A stretch of 64,000 nt of DNA from Acidobacteriota bacterium (GCA_039931865.1 JBDTRB010000002.1:5589-69588), one strand, 5' to 3'; shown: positions 45,382-54,888, counted from the first letter of the stretch. The notes: generated by a model not told the origin, from the letters alone. Numbers and translations: made by a program.

Positions 45382-46170
45382 TTACGCGACAGATTCGGGC
45401 GCGTTCGTGTAACGCAGCGAGCCCGGAGTCGTCAGCAACTCTCCGGTCTCGAGCAAGGTCTTCAAGCCGGAAAGGATCATCGGCCAGCCGCCGTACAGCT
45501 CGTTGTTGGCGCCCTCGCGCAGCTGGTCATGAGTAACAGTCAGCCGGCACGAATCGCCGATCGGCTCGATCTCCCACGTGACCCGAGAGGTCCCTTCGCT
45601 CTTCACGCCTTCGCTCCAGAGCGCGCGAAAGCTCTGGACGAGTCGCCGCGGCGGCTCGACTTCCAGGTTCTCGCCTTCCAGGATCCGCATCGCCGGAGAG
45701 ACAGTCGCGGAGCCCGCAGTGCCGGTGTATGGAGTTCCCGGTCTCCATTCGCTCGAGACTACGATGCCGAAGCTGTATTTTTTCCTCATTTCCGGGTCGG
45801 TGATTGCCTCCCACAGGCGCTCCGGGGTCGTCTTGATGTAGATCTCGAACACCTTTTCCATGACTCTCTCCTCCAATTGTTTCTTGAGCCCGGTGAGCGT
45901 CGCGGCCCACGGCTCGGCGTATTTGCTCACCCACCGCTCGTGGACGAGCCGAATGGGAACCACGTTTAAGAAGTGAAGCTTTTCGCGGCCGCGCCGTTTC
46001 GAGACGACGAGGCCGGCTTCCTCGAGAACCCGCAGGTGCTTCATGACGCCGAAGCGCGTCATCGGCAGCCGGCGCTCGAGCGCGATCAATGTCTGGCCGT
46101 CTTTTTCGAAGAGTTTGTCGAGCAGTCGGCGGCGCGTGGGGTCCGCGAGCGCTCGAAAGATGGCATCCAT
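45382..46170 (-). CDS. ArsR/SmtB-family HTH regulator fused to an SRPBCC (AHSA1-like) domain
   Basis: IFRALADPTRRRLLDKL.....T...L......MTRFGVMKHLRVLEEAGLV, followed by TTPERLWEAITDPE....Y. Confidence 0.85.
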   Translation of the reverse strand: MDAIFRALADPTRRRLLDKLFEKDGQTLIALERRLPMTRFGVMKHLRVLEEAGLVVSKRRGREKLHFLNVVPIRLVHERWVSKYAEPWAATLTGLKKQLEERVMEKVFEIYIKTTPERLWEAITDPEMRKKYSFGIVVSSEWRPGTPYTGTAGSATVSPAMRILEGENLEVEPPRRLVQSFRALWSEGVKSEGTSRVTWEIEPIGDSCRLTVTHDQLREGANNELYGGWPMILSGLKTLLETGELLTTPGSLRYTNAPESVA

Positions 46171-46275
46171 GGGCCGGGATAATAGGTGACCTTTTAGTCA
46201 CCTGTCAAGGCGGTGAAGCAGGCCGAAACTCCCGAGCGGTGAGATATCTGCGAGGCATTGATCATTGGAGGCGCC

Positions 46276-46794
46276 ATGAAACTGACTGATTTTTTCCTGG
46301 ATCAGCTGGAGAGCGAAGCCGCCTCGAGCCGGAAGACCGTCGAGCGGGTGCCGGACGGGGGGCCGGACTGGAAGTCCTGGAAGCCGCACGATAAGTCGAT
46401 GGAGATGGGATACCTCGCGTTCTTAGTCGCGACGATGCCGGAGTGGATCGACATGATCCTGCGGCTCGACGAGCTCGACGTCGCGCCGAAGGGGCCCGGG
46501 GCTTTCAAGCCGCCGGAGTTCTCGAATGCTCGCGATCTCGCGGCCGCCTGCGACGGCTCCGCGAAGAAGGCCCGCAAGGCTCTCGGTCAAACGAATGACG
46601 AATACCTCATGACGAAGTGGAAGCTCCTCGCGGGGGGGCGGGTCGTCGATGAGCCGGTTCGTTACCGGGCGGTGCGCGACGTCTTCACCCACCTGGCTCA
46701 CCACCGCGGCCAGCTCACCGTTTACCTGCGGTTGAACGGCGCGAAGGTGCCCTCGATCTACGGCCCGACCGCGGACGATAAGTCGTTCGGCTGA
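46276..46794 (+). CDS. DinB-family protein
   Basis: ATG with GGAGG 6 nt upstream. C-terminal FTHLAHHRGQLTVYLRLNGAKVPSIYGPT. Confidence 0.8.
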   Translation: MKLTDFFLDQLESEAASSRKTVERVPDGGPDWKSWKPHDKSMEMGYLAFLVATMPEWIDMILRLDELDVAPKGPGAFKPPEFSNARDLAAACDGSAKKARKALGQTNDEYLMTKWKLLAGGRVVDEPVRYRAVRDVFTHLAHHRGQLTVYLRLNGAKVPSIYGPTADDKSFG

Positions 46795-46807
46795 TTCAAA
46801 ACTCCTT

Positions 46808-46833
46808 CCCTCTCCCCGCGCCCGGGGAGAGGG
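46808..46833. terminator. 11-bp GC hairpin (CCCTCTCCCCG-cgcc-CGGGGAGAGGG) between convergent DinB genes
   Basis: A perfect stem read directly from the sequence, 14 nt after the stop at 46794. There is no U-tract, so it may act as a REP-like or bidirectional terminator. Confidence 0.45.
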
Positions 46834-46905
46834 TCAGGGTGAGGGGTCCGGCTCATTCCTGGCCCCGCCGCGGGTATTCAGGCTCGGTCCCGGATTCGAC
46901 GCCCC

Positions 46906-47466
46906 CTACTTCACGCCCTTCGACGCGTCCCACGCACCCTGCTGTTTGCGGATGTAAAGGATCTGGCCAGTGTGGTACGCGCGATGCGTGCCGATGTGCG
47001 CGATCGTCGAGGCCCAGCCCTGCAGCTTCTGATCGTCGGCGTCTTCCACGGCCTTGTCCCATCCGGTCAGGACGTCTTCCAGCTGTTTGACCGCGGACTC
47101 CCAGCCGGCCTTGTCCTTCGGCGGCGTGAAGGTTTCCTCGTTGTCTCCGCTGAATGAAGGGGCCGCTCCGCCGCGGAACTTGTCGAGCTGTTGTTTGTCC
47201 CAGAAAGTCAGATGGTGGACGAGCTGTGCGATCGAGTGATTCGCCGTGCCCTGTTTCCAGAGGGCCTGCTCGAACGTCAAGCCGTCGACCGCCTTGCTCG
47301 CGGGGACGAACCATTCCTGCAGGTTGTGTGACGTCTTCAGCTGCTCGAGCAGGATCGACTTCAACGTCGGCGGGGGCTTCGGCGGTGTCGCAGCGCTGCC
47401 GGGCTCTGCGAGGGCGAGGGCGAGGGCGAGGGCGAGAGCGAGGAGAACGGTCGAGAGAATTTTCAT
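46906..47466 (-). CDS. Secreted DinB-family protein
   Basis: The internal ATG gives signal peptide MKILSTVLLALALALALALAEPGSA. HHLTFWDKQ and THRAYHTGQILYIRK are DinB helices. Confidence 0.8.
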   Translation of the reverse strand: MKILSTVLLALALALALALAEPGSAATPPKPPPTLKSILLEQLKTSHNLQEWFVPASKAVDGLTFEQALWKQGTANHSIAQLVHHLTFWDKQQLDKFRGGAAPSFSGDNEETFTPPKDKAGWESAVKQLEDVLTGWDKAVEDADDQKLQGWASTIAHIGTHRAYHTGQILYIRKQQGAWDASKGVK

Positions 47467-47622
47467 GATGGTCCTTTCCGGCGGCGGCGGCGTCCTGCGG
47501 TAGCTGCACCGATTGCCGATAACGATACAACGCTCTCGTGCGCGGAGCTCGAGCCGCGTTTCCATTCTCGAGCTGGCGTCGCCGAAACCCGGGCCACCGC
47601 CTCGCTCAGGCGTCGGCCCCGA

Positions 47623-47916
47623 TCACTCGACGCGAAAAATCTCCCGATACCCGCTCTCGACGATGTCCGCATAGCCCTTCATCGCTTCCTCCGCCTTCGG
47701 ATTCGACGGCCGTGTATTCAGAAGCTCGAAGTACGTGTCGAGCTTTTCGACCTCGGTCTCCATCACGATCGTCCAGTAATTCGCGACCGTGTCGGTCAGA
47801 ATGCGCCGCCCGTGCACGCCGTCGTTCGGCATGAGCGCGGAGGCGCTCTTGAACTTGGAAGTCAGCTCCCGACCCTTACCCGCCTTCGCCCGAAATACGT
47901 CTCGGATCACGAACAT
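47623..47916 (-). CDS. Small hypothetical protein (possible dimeric alpha/beta-barrel, NIPSNAP-like)
   Basis: ATG with GGAGG 9 nt upstream. MFVIRDVFRAKAGKGRELTSKFK...YWTIVMETEVE.LD.Y. Confidence 0.6.
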   Translation of the reverse strand: MFVIRDVFRAKAGKGRELTSKFKSASALMPNDGVHGRRILTDTVANYWTIVMETEVEKLDTYFELLNTRPSNPKAEEAMKGYADIVESGYREIFRVE

Positions 47917-47991
47917 CGTCCTGTCCTCCCTCTCACGAGTTTCATACAACGGACACCATAAGACAGAAGGGGGTCGCCGCGCCGCCGCGCC

Positions 47992-48130
47992 TCACAGGAA
48001 TTCGAGGAGCGCGTCTCTGGTCTGTGCGGGCTGCTCCTCCAGAATCCAGTGCCTCGTTTCCGGATGATCACGGAGCGCACGTCCGGGGCCACGAGATTGA
48101 TCTGCTCGGCGAGGAATGCGCCCGACGCCG
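47992..48130 (-). pseudogene. C-terminal remnant of an alpha/beta-hydrolase gene (frameshifted)
   Basis: The ending ..DHPETRHWILEEQPAQTRDALLEFL* looks like the GHW..EQP tail of alpha/beta hydrolases. FLAEQINLVAPDV lies in another frame, and there is no upstream catalytic part. Confidence 0.45.
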
Positions 48131-48219
48131 GCTCTTCTCTAGCCCGTCTTTCCCGAAGTAGCCGCGAAGTCCGCTCGGCTTCCAGCGGTTTTCGCGACGC
48201 CGCAATGTAACTTTGCGCC

Positions 48220-49329
48220 GTGCCGCTCACCCTCGACGACCTGAGGCGATTCACCGTCGCTCGAACCCTCTTTCCGCCGACCACGCTCCGCCGGGCCGTC
48301 CATCGGATGGGTTTCGTGCAGGCCGATCCGATCCGCGCCCCCGCCCGCGCCCAGGATCTGACGCTGCGCCATCGCGTCCGCGGTTACCGCGCCGGCGACC
48401 TCGAACGACGTTTCGGAGAGCTCGGCATCGAGGAGGACTTCTTCGTCACCTACGGCTTCGTGACAGCCGAGATCCAGGCGCTGATGCACCCGCGGTCCGA
48501 GGTCGGGGTCCCGGCGGATGCTCCTCTGCCGTGGCCGGCGGCGCGGCGCAAAAAGGCGGCGCTGCTCCTCGACTTCGTGCGCGAACGCGGCGAGGCGCAC
48601 CCGCGGGACGTCGATGCGCACTTCTCCCACGGCACCGTAGAGAATTACTGGGGCGGGTCGTCGAACGCGACCACCCATCTGCTGGACGCGATGCACTACC
48701 GCGGTCTGCTGCGCGTCGCGCGCCGCGAGAGCGGCATCCGCATCTACGCGGCACACCGGCACGAGCCGGCTCCGGCGGCTGCGGCCGAACGGCGCGCGCG
48801 CGTCGACGCGCTCGTCGACGTCGCCGTTCGTCTCTACGCGCCCCTCCCAGGCCGCAGCCTCTCGTATCTCGTGCGGCGGCTGCGGTTCGCGGTTCCGCAG
48901 TGGCGGCAAGAGCTGACCGCCGCCCTCCAGCGTGCGAGAGAGCGGCTCGCACAGGCGCGCGTCGCGGGCATCGACTGGTACTGGCCGGTGGAGGAGGATC
49001 CGTCGGCCGGCGCGCTGCCGCCGCCCGGGGTTCGGCTCCTGACGCCCTTCGACCCGATCGTGCGGGACCGGGATCGCTTCGAACTGTTGTGGGGCTGGGT
49101 TTACCGCTTCGAAGCCTACACACCGGCGCCGAAACGGAAGCTCGGCTACTACGCCCTTCCCGTGCTTCGCGGCCACCGCGTGATCGGATGGGGCAACCTC
49201 TCGTTGAAGGTCGGGAAGCTCGAGGCGGCGTTCGAGTACACGGGCACTGCGCCGCGCAGCCGGGATTTCAAACGCGAGCTCGAAGGGGAGCTCTCGTCGA
49301 TGCGGGTGTTTCTCGGCCTGCCGCCATGA
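48220..49329 (+). CDS. YcaQ/AlkZ-like winged-helix DNA glycosylase family protein (DUF1006)
   Basis: L......V.RMGFVQADPIRAPARAQDLTLRHRV.GYRAGDLE and the C-terminal YALPVL.G.RVIG are family blocks. Confidence 0.85.
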   Translation: MPLTLDDLRRFTVARTLFPPTTLRRAVHRMGFVQADPIRAPARAQDLTLRHRVRGYRAGDLERRFGELGIEEDFFVTYGFVTAEIQALMHPRSEVGVPADAPLPWPAARRKKAALLLDFVRERGEAHPRDVDAHFSHGTVENYWGGSSNATTHLLDAMHYRGLLRVARRESGIRIYAAHRHEPAPAAAAERRARVDALVDVAVRLYAPLPGRSLSYLVRRLRFAVPQWRQELTAALQRARERLAQARVAGIDWYWPVEEDPSAGALPPPGVRLLTPFDPIVRDRDRFELLWGWVYRFEAYTPAPKRKLGYYALPVLRGHRVIGWGNLSLKVGKLEAAFEYTGTAPRSRDFKRELEGELSSMRVFLGLPP

Positions 49330-49379
49330 CGGCGCGGAGGCGGTCAACCTTCCCGCCCGGCCGCCGTATATTTCGTGTC

Positions 49380-49691
49380 ATGAACACTCGCCGGCTTCTC
49401 GCCGCGGCCGCCGGGGCCGCGTTCGTCCTGGGCGTCGGGTCCGCCCAGACTTCCGCCCCGATCTTGCTTCATGGCGGCGCTCCGGCGGTTTCGCCGGACG
49501 GATCCGCGATCGCCTTCCTCTCGGACCGCGACGGCCCGACGGATGTGTACGTCATCTCGGCGGACGGTACCGGGGAGAGGCGCCTCACCCGCACGACCGA
49601 AGTCGCCATTCGCGCGCGGTGCCGCGTCAGTGCCTCCCGAGAAGTCGCGCGCATTGTCGGAGTAGGGGGATTCCGGCCGTTCTGCCGGTAG
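49380..49691 (+). CDS. Short secreted protein with a single PD40 (TolB-like) repeat; probably a truncated gene
   Basis: MNTRRLLAAAAGAAFVLGVGSA is followed by SPDGSAIAFLSDRDGPTDVYVISADGTGERRLT. The propeller is not continued in any frame. Confidence 0.4.
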   Translation: MNTRRLLAAAAGAAFVLGVGSAQTSAPILLHGGAPAVSPDGSAIAFLSDRDGPTDVYVISADGTGERRLTRTTEVAIRARCRVSASREVARIVGVGGFRPFCR

Positions 49692-49747
49692 GATCGGAGC
49701 GACGCCGTCTGCTTCGCCGAGGCGGCGCGTGCGGAAGCAGGTGATCG

Positions 49748-51343
49748 ATGTCCGACCCTGACATCCCGAGCTCGGGCGGCGCCGCGGGCCGGCTGGAGCC
49801 GCTGCGGGTCCGCGGAACGGACCCGCCGGAAAACATCGCGCCCGCGGGTCCTTCGGGGGAACGGGATTTTCTCGCGGAGAGGCTCGCGCTGTTTGCTCGT
49901 TTCGCCTGCCTCGCGTCGGCCGGGTTTCTCGTCATGCGGCTGGGGTTGAATGCGCTCTCCGCAAGAGATCCCGCGCGGACCGCCCCGTTCGATCCGTTTC
50001 CCTGGTTTCACCTCGCCTCGACGGTCGTTTTCTTTCTCCTGTTGATGCTGGCGGGAAACCGGGCGTTCTCCGAGCGGGGGCTGCGGCGCCTCGACGCGGG
50101 GGGAACGATCGGGGCGGCGGTCGGCTACGCGCTCATGGAGCGGACCCTGCCGCTCTCGTGGCGGCCGGACCAGCTCGTCCTTCTCATAATGAACGCGGTG
50201 CTTCTCGGCCGCGCCGCTCTGGTCCCGAGCGAGCCGCGCCGCACCACGTGGATCTCGGCGGCCTCGGTCATCGCGATACCGGTCGTGACGTTCCTCATCT
50301 TTCGCGGCCTCTCGTCTCGCGAGCTCGCCGCCGGCGCGCTCGTCACGCAGGCGGTCCTCTGGTCCGCGTTCACGGTCGTGCTGGCGACGCTCATTTCGAG
50401 CGTGACCTTCCATCTGCGCCGATCGATCGTTCGCGCGCGCCGGCTCGGACATTACCGGCTCCTCGAGAAGATCGGAGAGGGCGGGATGGGGGTCGTCTAT
50501 CGCGGCGAGCACGAAATGCTGCAGCGGCCGACGGCAATCAAGCTCCTTCTTCCGGGGAGGGCGGGCGAGCAGGACCTTCGCCGCTTCGAGCGCGAGGCGC
50601 AGCTGACGGCGCGGCTCACGAATCCGCACACGGTGTCCGTTTACGATTTCGGGCGCACACCCGAAGGCGCCTTCTATTACGTCATGGAGTACCTCGACGG
50701 GATCGACCTCGAGCGGCTCGTGCGGGAAAACGGGCCTCTTCCGCCGGGCCGGGTCGTTCACATCCTGCGGCAGGTCTGCGAGGCCCTGGCGGAGGCGCAC
50801 GGCATCGGCCTTCTCCATCGCGACATCAAGCCCGCGAACATTCTGCTGTCCGAGTCGGGCGGGCTCTCCGACGTCGCGAAGGTCCTGGATTTCGGCCTCG
50901 TCAAGGAGGTCAACAAACCGGACGCGAAGACGCTGACGAGGGACGACGTTCTGGCGGGGACGCTGAACTACCTCGCTCCCGAAACGATCCAGGGGACCGG
51001 CTCACCGGATCCGCGAAGCGATCTCTACGCGCTCGGAGCCGTGGGCTACTACCTGCTGACGGGGCATCCCGTCTTCGAAGGCTCTCCCGTGCAGGTCCTC
51101 CACGACCACGTCCAGACGCCGCCCGATCCGCCGTCCGTGCGCCTCGGCCGGAAGATTCCGCGCCAGCTCGAAAGCGTCGTGCTCGACTGTCTCGAAAAGG
51201 ATCCGAACACCCGGCCGGAAAGCGCCGAGGCGCTGATCGAACGACTCGACGCGTGCGACGACGTTCCGCCGTGGTCGGTCGAAGAGGCGCGCCGGTGGTG
51301 GCGCGACAGGCGGACGGCGCGGGAAGCACACTCCAGCGTCTGA
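49748..51343 (+). CDS. Ser/Thr protein kinase with an N-terminal polytopic membrane domain
   Basis: About six N-terminal TM helices, then GEGGMGVVYRG, AIKLL, HRDIKPANILL, DFGLVK and LNYLAPE. Confidence 0.9.
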   Translation: MSDPDIPSSGGAAGRLEPLRVRGTDPPENIAPAGPSGERDFLAERLALFARFACLASAGFLVMRLGLNALSARDPARTAPFDPFPWFHLASTVVFFLLLMLAGNRAFSERGLRRLDAGGTIGAAVGYALMERTLPLSWRPDQLVLLIMNAVLLGRAALVPSEPRRTTWISAASVIAIPVVTFLIFRGLSSRELAAGALVTQAVLWSAFTVVLATLISSVTFHLRRSIVRARRLGHYRLLEKIGEGGMGVVYRGEHEMLQRPTAIKLLLPGRAGEQDLRRFEREAQLTARLTNPHTVSVYDFGRTPEGAFYYVMEYLDGIDLERLVRENGPLPPGRVVHILRQVCEALAEAHGIGLLHRDIKPANILLSESGGLSDVAKVLDFGLVKEVNKPDAKTLTRDDVLAGTLNYLAPETIQGTGSPDPRSDLYALGAVGYYLLTGHPVFEGSPVQVLHDHVQTPPDPPSVRLGRKIPRQLESVVLDCLEKDPNTRPESAEALIERLDACDDVPPWSVEEARRWWRDRRTAREAHSSV

Positions 51344-51360
51344 CTCTCAGGTCTGCGGGA

Positions 51361-51906
51361 TCAGTGGCCGCGGACTTTTCGCTGCATTTTCTCGATCTCG
51401 CGGAGGACGTCTTCGGGGCGCACCTCCTGTTCGAGCTCCTTCAGGTCCGAATCCGGCTCTTCGTCGCACCCGAGCTTCGTCTGGATCTGGTCGAGCATCT
51501 TCAGAGCACGCGTCATCTCGTGTTCCGTCAGGAGACCGATCTGAAGATGCAGGCTGGCGCGGCGCTCGGCATCCTCGCTGATCCGGTTCTGGCTGATCAG
51601 GACGAACGTCGAGAGAAAGATCGCCTCGAGCGAAACGATCAGCGTCAGCAGGCCGAACGGGAAGGGATCGAAGGGCTTCGCCCCGAACGCCCCGAGGTTC
51701 CACGCGATCCATCCGGCGAACCAGAGCACGTGGAGATACGCGAACGCCATGTGTCCGGAAAAATCGGTGATCGCGTCCGAGATCCTGTCCTGCGCGGAAC
51801 GGCGCCCGGCGATTCGATCGCGCTGCGCAGAAACGCTCTTGATGTTCTGCTCGAGCACGCTCGCGAGAATCGGGTGCTCTTCGGGGTCGTCCGGATCGGC
51901 GATCAT
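51361..51906 (-). CDS. DUF1003 domain membrane protein
   Basis: ITDFSGHMAFAYLHVLWFAGWIAWN......FDPFPFGLLTLIVSLEAIFLSTFVLISQNR. Confidence 0.85.
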   Translation of the reverse strand: MIADPDDPEEHPILASVLEQNIKSVSAQRDRIAGRRSAQDRISDAITDFSGHMAFAYLHVLWFAGWIAWNLGAFGAKPFDPFPFGLLTLIVSLEAIFLSTFVLISQNRISEDAERRASLHLQIGLLTEHEMTRALKMLDQIQTKLGCDEEPDSDLKELEQEVRPEDVLREIEKMQRKVRGH

Positions 51907-52097
51907 GAGATGCCTTCCGTCATCGGGAGGAACTCAATCTTCGCGAAACCAGAGTTCTCGTAAATTTCGCGCCTGGCGGGCTCCAGAAGCTCACGGCGTT
52001 TGCAGACATCCGGAGGCCCCGCATCCGCCACGCGGAATCGACGCACCTCCGTGCGACGATCCCGCATCGACGCCTGCCCGTCTCCCATTCGAGCGTC

Positions 52098-53255
52098 TTA
52101 CGAGCTCATTCTCCGAATGACGAAGATGCCCATCGCCGCCAGGATGAGAGACAACGCGATCAGTCCCCGCGAATCGAGAGTCGGAACGGTCACCTGTCCG
52201 GCGCCGGGAGTTGGCGTCGGAGAGGGGCTCGACCCGGTCGTTGGAGTCGCCGCGGGGGGTCCGGTCGGTGTCGGTGTCGATGTCGGAGGAGGGAGAACGC
52301 CGCCTGTCGTGATTGCCACGCGGACGGGAGAAACCAGCCCCGTGGACGCCCCTGTGAGCGTCCGTAGCGGAGCGACATTGCCATTCGCCGTTCGCGCGAA
52401 GACCCGGACGGACGCATTGCCGGAGCTTGCTACGGCCAGCTCGTCATTCACGTTATCCAGGGCCAGGCCGACTGGAGTCGCCAATCCCGTAGTTGGTCCG
52501 GAAAGGGTCCGCAGCGGGGCCACGTTGCCATTCGCCGTCCGGGCATAGACCGTGACCGAGCTTCCGCTGACATTCACGACCGCCAGCTCGTTGTTCACGG
52601 TGTCCACGACCACGCCCTGCGGCGTATTCAAACCCGTCGAGGCGCCCGAAAGGGTCCGGATAGGAGCCACATTTCCATTGGCGGTCCGTGTATAGACCGT
52701 TATGGAGCTGCCGACGCCGTTGGTGACGATCAGTTCGTTGTTGACCGTGTCCACGGCGACCCCCAGGGGAACACTGAGGCCCGTCGCCGCCCCCGAGAGA
52801 GTCCGGAGCGGCGCGACGTTGCCGTTCGCCGCTCGAGCATAGACCGTCACGGAGTTGTTGCCGCCGTTGGCGACGACGATCTCGTTGTTGACGGCGTCCA
52901 GCGTCAGACTCACCGGGTTGTTCATGCCCGTAGCGGCTCCGGAGATTGTCCGGAGCGGGGCCACATTGCCGTTCGCCGTGAGGGGATAAACCGTGATGGA
53001 CAAGCCAAACTGGTTCAGCACGAAGAGCTCGTTGTTCCCCGTGTCCACCGTGAGGTCCGCAATACCATTCAACCCGGTCGCGGCCCCGGAGAGAATCCGC
53101 AAGGGGGCGACGTTGCCGTTGCTCGTCCGGGTGTAAACGGTCACCGAGTTGTTACCGTTTGCGACGAAGAGCTCCTGAGCTCGTGCCTCCCGGCTTCCCA
53201 ACAGGAAGAGAATGGACACGATCGCGAGAACGACGCGGGAAATACGATCAGGCAT
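52098..53255 (-). CDS. Six-repeat beta-propeller protein with a Pro/Thr linker and an IPTL-CTERM-like sorting tail
   Basis: Signal MPDRISRVVLAIVSILFLLGSREARA. Six ~46-aa units contain (T/A)ANGNVAPLRTLSGA.TGL. The tail is VPTLDSRGLIALSLILAAMGIFVIRR. Confidence 0.8.
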   Translation of the reverse strand: MPDRISRVVLAIVSILFLLGSREARAQELFVANGNNSVTVYTRTSNGNVAPLRILSGAATGLNGIADLTVDTGNNELFVLNQFGLSITVYPLTANGNVAPLRTISGAATGMNNPVSLTLDAVNNEIVVANGGNNSVTVYARAANGNVAPLRTLSGAATGLSVPLGVAVDTVNNELIVTNGVGSSITVYTRTANGNVAPIRTLSGASTGLNTPQGVVVDTVNNELAVVNVSGSSVTVYARTANGNVAPLRTLSGPTTGLATPVGLALDNVNDELAVASSGNASVRVFARTANGNVAPLRTLTGASTGLVSPVRVAITTGGVLPPPTSTPTPTGPPAATPTTGSSPSPTPTPGAGQVTVPTLDSRGLIALSLILAAMGIFVIRRMSS

Positions 53256-53527
53256 TCTCAATCCCCCTTTTTTGACCGCTCTCGAGCGCGGCACCCGAAA
53301 ACGACGAAATTATTCCGGGCGAGCGTACGCTTCACAGGCAGTCGCGTCAAATCGCGTGCGGCGACTCGGACACTGCGGACGCCCGAATTCCTGTGAAGAC
53401 CCGGGGCCGACTCACGGCGCTTCACCTTCGGCGATTCACTCATCGGTTCCCATGAGATCTGCCGGCGAACGGGCGAGAACGCCGGCGGCCTGACAGCCGG
53501 GAGCGAAGTAGGCTAAAGACGGACACC

Positions 53528-54730
53528 ATGCTCGCTTTCCCCGCGACTGTTCCGCCGGACGGTGACATGGCCCTCTTGGGAGGAACGATCTACGTCGGCT
53601 CCACGGAGGAGCCGATTCGCAACGGCGTCGTGCTGATGCGGAGCGGGAAAATCGCGGCCGCCGGCGGTCGGTCGATTCTGACGGGTCTTCACAACGTCCA
53701 TGAAATAGATTTTCCGGGCTCACGGTCACGGCAGGTTTCTGGAACTGCCACGTGCATTTCTTCGAACGCAAGTGGATGGACGCGGGCTCCCTCCCCGCTC
53801 CCGAGCTCGCCCGGCAGGTCGAGGGCATGCTCACACGCTATGGATTCACGAGCGTGTTCGATCTCGGTTCGCCGTGGGAGAACACGCAGCGGATCCGCGA
53901 GCGAATCGAATCAGGGGAAGTTGCGGGCCCGCGAATTCGCTCGACGGGGCCCGGGGCTGATCTCGCCGGGCGCCGGGCCCGCGGATCTGGTTCTCGCGAT
54001 GTTGGGGGTCATGAAGACTCCGCTTCCCGAGATCGCGAATGCGGCGCAGGCCGCGGAGGCGTCGAAGAAGCTCCTCGAAGGCGGGGCGGACGGAATCAAG
54101 GTCTTCCTGAAAGCCGGTTCGCCGGGCGGTCCGACGTTCCCCGAGGGCGGCCTCGAGGCGGTCGTTTGTGAAGCCCGTCGCGCCGGAAAGCCCGTTTTCG
54201 CTCACCCTTCCACCGGCGCGGACGTGCTGGCGGCGGCCCGGGCCGGTGTCGACGTGATCGGCCACACGACTCCCCACTCGGGGGCGTGGGACCCGCCGAT
54301 CCTCGCCGCGATGCGGGAGAGCGGAGCGGCCCTCACGCCGACCCTGGTGTTGTGGACGCACTTCAGCCGCCATGAACGTCTTTCGTGGCAGGAGCAGGTG
54401 AGGAAGGTCTCGATCGAACAGCTCGCGGCCTGGAACGCGTCCGGTGGCGCCGTCCTGTTCGGGACGGATCTGGGCGCCGTCGAATACGACCCCTCCGACG
54501 AGTACGCCTTGATGGCCGAGGCGGGAATGAGCTTTCGCCAGGTCCTCGCTTCGCTGACCACGGCGCCGGCGGAGCGATTTGGGGAATCGAAGCAGCCGGG
54601 CCGGCTCGACGAGGGCGGCGACGCGGACCTCGTCGTCTTCCGGGGCGACGCTTCGAAAGACATTCGTGCGCTCGCGGACGTCCGCTACACCGTTCGCGGA
54701 GGAAAGCTCCTCTATCGATCGAATGATTGA
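53528..54730 (+). pseudogene. Amidohydrolase-family gene with a compensating pair of frameshifts that scrambles the HxH metal-binding region
   Basis: The ORF stays open, but residues ~62-142 are composition-aberrant. The family-like sequence (TAGFWNCHVHFFERKW..LTRYGFTSVFDLGS..) sits in the +1 frame between ~53715 and ~53950. Confidence 0.7.
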
Positions 54731-54888
54731 TACTGCCGGCCGGCGCACGGGATCCATCCAGGATCGTGAGCCGTTCGATGGAGACGTGCCGCTGCCCATC
54801 CGGCTCGGAGCGGAATCATTGCCGGAATGATGAAGGCGTTCCCCGACGGCGGTACGAATCTGGCATCAGCGGAGGCGGAAGTCCGACA

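Noticed and set aside
47395-47440. Hexanucleotide repeat (GAGGGC)x4-5 and the RGRGRGRG ORF at 47154..47468.
   Set aside because: On the minus strand it encodes the (Leu-Ala)n hydrophobic core of the signal peptide of the DinB protein (LLALALALALALA). It is an in-frame, low-complexity coding repeat.
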